From Welwitschia mirabilis (taxonomy: Eukaryota), in contig JBOZIK010000001.1 of assembly GCA_051453625.1 (NCBI GenBank), positions 17,457,499-17,510,986 on the forward strand: DNA of 53,488 nt, read 5' to 3'. Every line of letters starts with the position of its first letter. The first letter of the stretch is position 1. Below, piece after piece: positions 50,053 to 53,488 of the stretch. Below the pieces are notes generated by a model that was not told the DNA's origin, ran no database searches, and worked only from the letters and a program-made list of their open reading frames with translations. Both the position numbers and the translations under genes were made by a program.

Positions 50053-51494
50053 NNNNNNNNNNNNNNNNNNNNNNNNNNNNNNNNNNNNNNNNNNNNNNNN
50101 NNNNNNNNNNNNNNNNNNNNNNNNNNNNNNNNNNNNNNNNAAGTAATGATTACTCTATACTCATTTTGATTTTGCAACTATATCAATTCGGCATATTTTT
50201 ATTTCTTTATGATTTTAAACTCTATCTACAAATCTCTATGTTAGTATTTTAAGCTATAATATGAAGGCTTAAATAAAAAGTGAAGTGTGACTGGAATTTT
50301 CTCACTAAAAATGGAAATAATAAATTAATATTAAATCATAATTACTATGTGAAAGATAATAGGCACAATTGTCTTGAGAATATCCAAACATTAAAATAAC
50401 ACAACATAATTAATGACATATATTAAATAGAATGAAAAAATTTCTATTTAAAAGTTCATAAAAACTATGATAAATGTTAAAAATAATAGGATATTTTTGC
50501 CATATAGAAAATGCAACATATACATATGTCATGATTTCCTTTATTAAGTGAATGCTTACTTTACATAAATATTAAAGGATGATAAAGATCTTCCTACTAA
50601 CAATAAATAATATCCATTAAAATAAACTTGTTTAATGAATTTTTTTAGTAAACCATTGATTCAATCATGGCTAATGGAAGTATTAACATTTTCATTAATA
50701 AAGAACTTATGTTACTTACATTTTAAACAATGTGAAAAAATAAATTTTATTATGATATCTTTAATATTAATAATTTTAAAAGATGATAAATTAAAAGCAT
50801 ATGAATTACTATTAAATATGTTTTAAAAATAAATTTATTAAAATAAAAATTATTTTCTTTAATTAAGATGATGTATAAAATATGTCTTCTAGGAGACATC
50901 TTAATGGCTGAGCAATGATCTTATTACTTTATGGTTTTGTGCTTGATTCTTTGAATTTCACAATATATATATATATATATATAATGCTTATCTAATAAAA
51001 TATAACATTTCCTAGTAGTCCATTTGGTTACACACAATAAGTTTTTGAAAATATCTAGTACTTTAAAATCTTTCTAAGAAGACTTAAACGTGACTTACGG
51101 AATTGACAAACCAATATTTTACATTAAAAAAACTTATGAAANNNNNNNNNNNNNNNNNNNNNNNNNNNNNNNNNNNNNNNNNNNNNNNNNNNNNNNNNNN
51201 NNNNNNNNNNNNNNNNNNNNNNNNNNNNNNNNNNNNNNNNNNNNNNNNNNNNNNNNNNNNNNNNNNNNNNNNNNNNNNNNNNNNNNNNNNNNNNNNNNNN
51301 NNNNNNNNNNNNNNNNNNNNNNNNNNNNNNNNNNNNNNNNNNNNNNNNNNNNNNNNNNNNNNNNNNNNNNNNNNNNNNNNNNNNNNNNNNNNNNNNNNNN
51401 NNNNNNNNNNNNNNNNNNNNNNNNNNNNNNNNNNNNNNNNNNNNNNNNNNNNNNNNNNNNNNNNNNNNNNNNNNNNNNNNNNNNNNNNNNNNAA

Positions 51495-52000
51495 AGTACT
51501 CGTTCATTTCTTGGTTAGCTTGCAATAAGAAACTACTCATGAAAGATAGAGCCCTAAAGATAGGAATTCAAATAGATCCAAAGTGCAGCCTGTGTGGGTT
51601 GGAGGTGGAGACCAGATCTCATCTTTTCTTTGAATGCCCCCTTTGCTTTGTTTTACTTAGAACTGCTTTCAAGCTCATACACCTGGTTCTCCCCTTGGGG
51701 TAAATGGTCTGCTCTGAATAGCTGGCTCAAGCAAAGGTTTAGAATAAGGTCCTCTCAATGTAGCATCCCTAAATTCCTTATCAAAGCCTGTATCTATTAG
51801 GTTGGGCAAGATCGAAATGATAAAATTTTTAAGAATAAATTTTTTAATCCATAGAGGCATGTAAATGAAATCAAGATTCATCTTTCCTTTAAAATTAATT
51901 CCATATAGTGGTTGAAGGATACCTGCAATAATAGAGTTTGGTATAAGCTCATGGGAATATCCCCTCTTTTAATGGGCCAAAAGGGCTGAGAGCCTCCTCA
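51495..52000 (-). pseudogene. Probable LINE ORF1 (DUF4283) remnant
   Basis: ORF 51675-51881 (...LW...IISILPNL...FDKEFRDATLRGPY...PFTP) resembles the W...L.NG.F.F.F...D..L..GPW...F.P pattern. It lies upstream of the 45178-50052 ORF2 on the same strand. Confidence 0.45.
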
Positions 52001-52821
52001 GCAGTCTAAATAGTTTCAGATGTGCATTTACTGAAGAGGGAGGTTTTTTCCGTGGTGAAAGGTTCTGTGGTCACAGCCCCACACTAGCTTTCTTCTTTTT
52101 CTCTTGTATTTATGTCTAGTTTATCCAAGGATGCAATTGGTGTTGGTAGTGCACATGGACGAGCACACAAGTGTTACCAAACTAGTTTTAGTTTTATCCC
52201 TCAGAATGCTCTTTTGAGTGTTTCAGCCTAGATACCTATGGATTGCTAGTCTTGACTAGGCCTGATGTCACAGAGCAGAAAATAATTTTTTTAGATAAGG
52301 AAATAAGATTAGCCTCAGAGCTCTTATCATAGACAGCAAATCAAAGTTTTCAACTAGGCATATTAGCAGAGGCAATCATCTTTTTTAGTTTTTGAAAGGG
52401 TGCAAATTTCTTGACTTCCAGACTATAAGCTCTAGCAAGGATCCAGCTGGATAGTCTGTAATCGTTTCCTTTCCCTGCGTCTGCACCCTCACCAATTCCC
52501 TTGCTCCTAGCAGTTTTCCACTTCAAAGTTTAGGGACTAAGCTACTCAACAATCTCTCTAGCAGAANNNNNNNNNNNNNNNNNNNNNNNNNNNNNNNNNN
52601 NNNNNNNNNNNNNNNNNNNNNNNNNNNNNNNNNNNNNNNNNNNNNNNNNNNNNNNNNNNNNNNNNNCTAGAATTCTCTTTTGAGCGTTTCAGATTGGATA
52701 CCTATGGATTTCTAGTTTTGACCAGGCCTGGTGTCACAGAGCAGAAAATAAATTTTTCAGAGAAGGAAATAAGATCAGCCTCAGAGATTAACGCAGCATG
52801 AGAGCGTTCATTGTTTTACTT

Positions 52822-52916
52822 CAATGTCTCATTCAACGATCTGTGAAGCCTACGGCCTTATTCGATGATCTGTGGGATTTTATCTATTTCCCCACTGCCT
52901 CATTCGGCGATCTGTG
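52822..52916. repeat. Three copies of the Tekay-LTR 24-bp unit (fragment of a related LTR)
   Basis: caatgtctcattcaacgatctgtg, tacggccttattcgatgatctgtg and cactgcctcattcggcgatctgtg, with aagcc and ggatt... linkers. Confidence 0.75.
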
Positions 52917-53116
52917 GTTTAATAGATACTTTGAGGGCAATTAGCCTTTAAATATAAAANNNNNNNNNNNNNNNNNNNNNNNNNNNNNNNNNNNNNNNNN
53001 NNNNNNNNNNNNNNNNNNNNNNNNNNNNNNNNNNNNNNNNNNNNNNNNNNNNNNNNNNNNNNNNNNNNNNNNNNNNNNNNNNNNNNNNNNNNNNNNNNNN
53101 NNNNNNNNNNNNNNNN

Positions 53117-53488
53117 GCATCACTTCATGTTAGATGGTATCAGAGCCAAATGGCGACCGGCTGTGATGGCGGTGATCTCCGTGATGATGCTTGGGAGACT
53201 AGAGCCCCGATCCTTGGGGATAAAGCATTACAACAATTGGAGTAACATTTAATGAGTCACTTAGAGCAAGAAAATGATCGCAGATTCTATCGCTTTGAGG
53301 AGCGAATTGATAAGATTGCAGATCAGCTACATGCTCTAAGTGTCGATGTGAACTGGAACTGGATCAATGGCAGAAGGCCAAGAGTTAATGTTGCTCATGG
53401 TGACCCTGCCTATAGGCTTGTTTCTGTCCGCAGACCGAATTTCGTCAAAAATGATAGTTCCAAAGAAGAAGCAGATGAGTTTAAGGAA
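53117..53488 (+). mobile_element. Start of a younger LTR retrotransposon internal region (perfect PBS, gag N-terminus; possibly CRM-like gypsy)
   Basis: Exact TGGTATCAGAGC at 53135-53146 and ATG at 53150: MATGCDGGDLRDDAWETRAPILGDKALQQLE*HLMSHLEQENDRRFYRFEERIDKIADQL..., otherwise open to the window end. CpGs are retained. Confidence 0.7.

Noticed and set aside
50221..51059. Non-autonomous Helitron (TC start at ~50221-50233, CTAG-T end at 51055-51059, AT-rich body)
   Set aside because: No convincing subterminal GC-rich hairpin, and such termini occur often by chance in AT-rich DNA.
27817..53123. Long ORFs in the supplied track (for example 27817-28830, 29197-30144, 35090-36097, 41452-42444, 48208-49305)
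   Set aside because: They consist mostly of X residues from N-gaps; the length is an artefact.
1..53488. Fungal RIP as the cause of the AT-rich decayed repeats
   Set aside because: The element lineages (Athila, Tekay, SIRE, DUF4283 LINEs, PPR-like relic) are plant-type, so methylation-driven deamination is the simpler explanation.

Overview
AT-rich, gap-ridden plant genomic DNA made almost entirely of old, nested transposable elements. I found no intact host gene, RNA gene or CRISPR array. Reconstruction from the sequence: (1) an Athila-like Ty3/gypsy remnant (+) is interrupted by (2) a Tekay/Del-type chromovirus (-, 1051-37321) with ~3.3-kb LTRs, PBS, PPT, a chromodomain remnant and a near-perfect 5-bp TSD. 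Inside it lie (3) a Sirevirus (SIRE/Maximus) Ty1/copia element (-, 6683-13474) that keeps gag, protease, integrase and an env-like ORF but lacks RT/RNase H, (4) L1-clade LINE copies with a ~1-kb 3' UTR, (5) a probable CACTA remnant and (6) a probable PLS-class PPR gene relic between the PBS and gag. Further right are (7) a short-LTR copia-type element that appears to encode only gag (TR-GAG-like, 40808-44949), (8) another L1 LINE and (9) the start of a younger LTR element (+) at the window end. Most 100-N gaps are flanked by overlapping but diverged copies of the same sequence, so the scaffold seems to interleave two or more haplotypes, homeologs or paralogs. All coding remnants have stops or frameshifts, mostly from C>T/G>A decay. 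Family calls come from motifs recognised by eye, not from database searches. I do not see a convincing novel biological system; the best leads are the candidate captured PPR fragment, the gag-only element, the RT-less Sirevirus and the repeat-plus-linker array in the Tekay LTRs.
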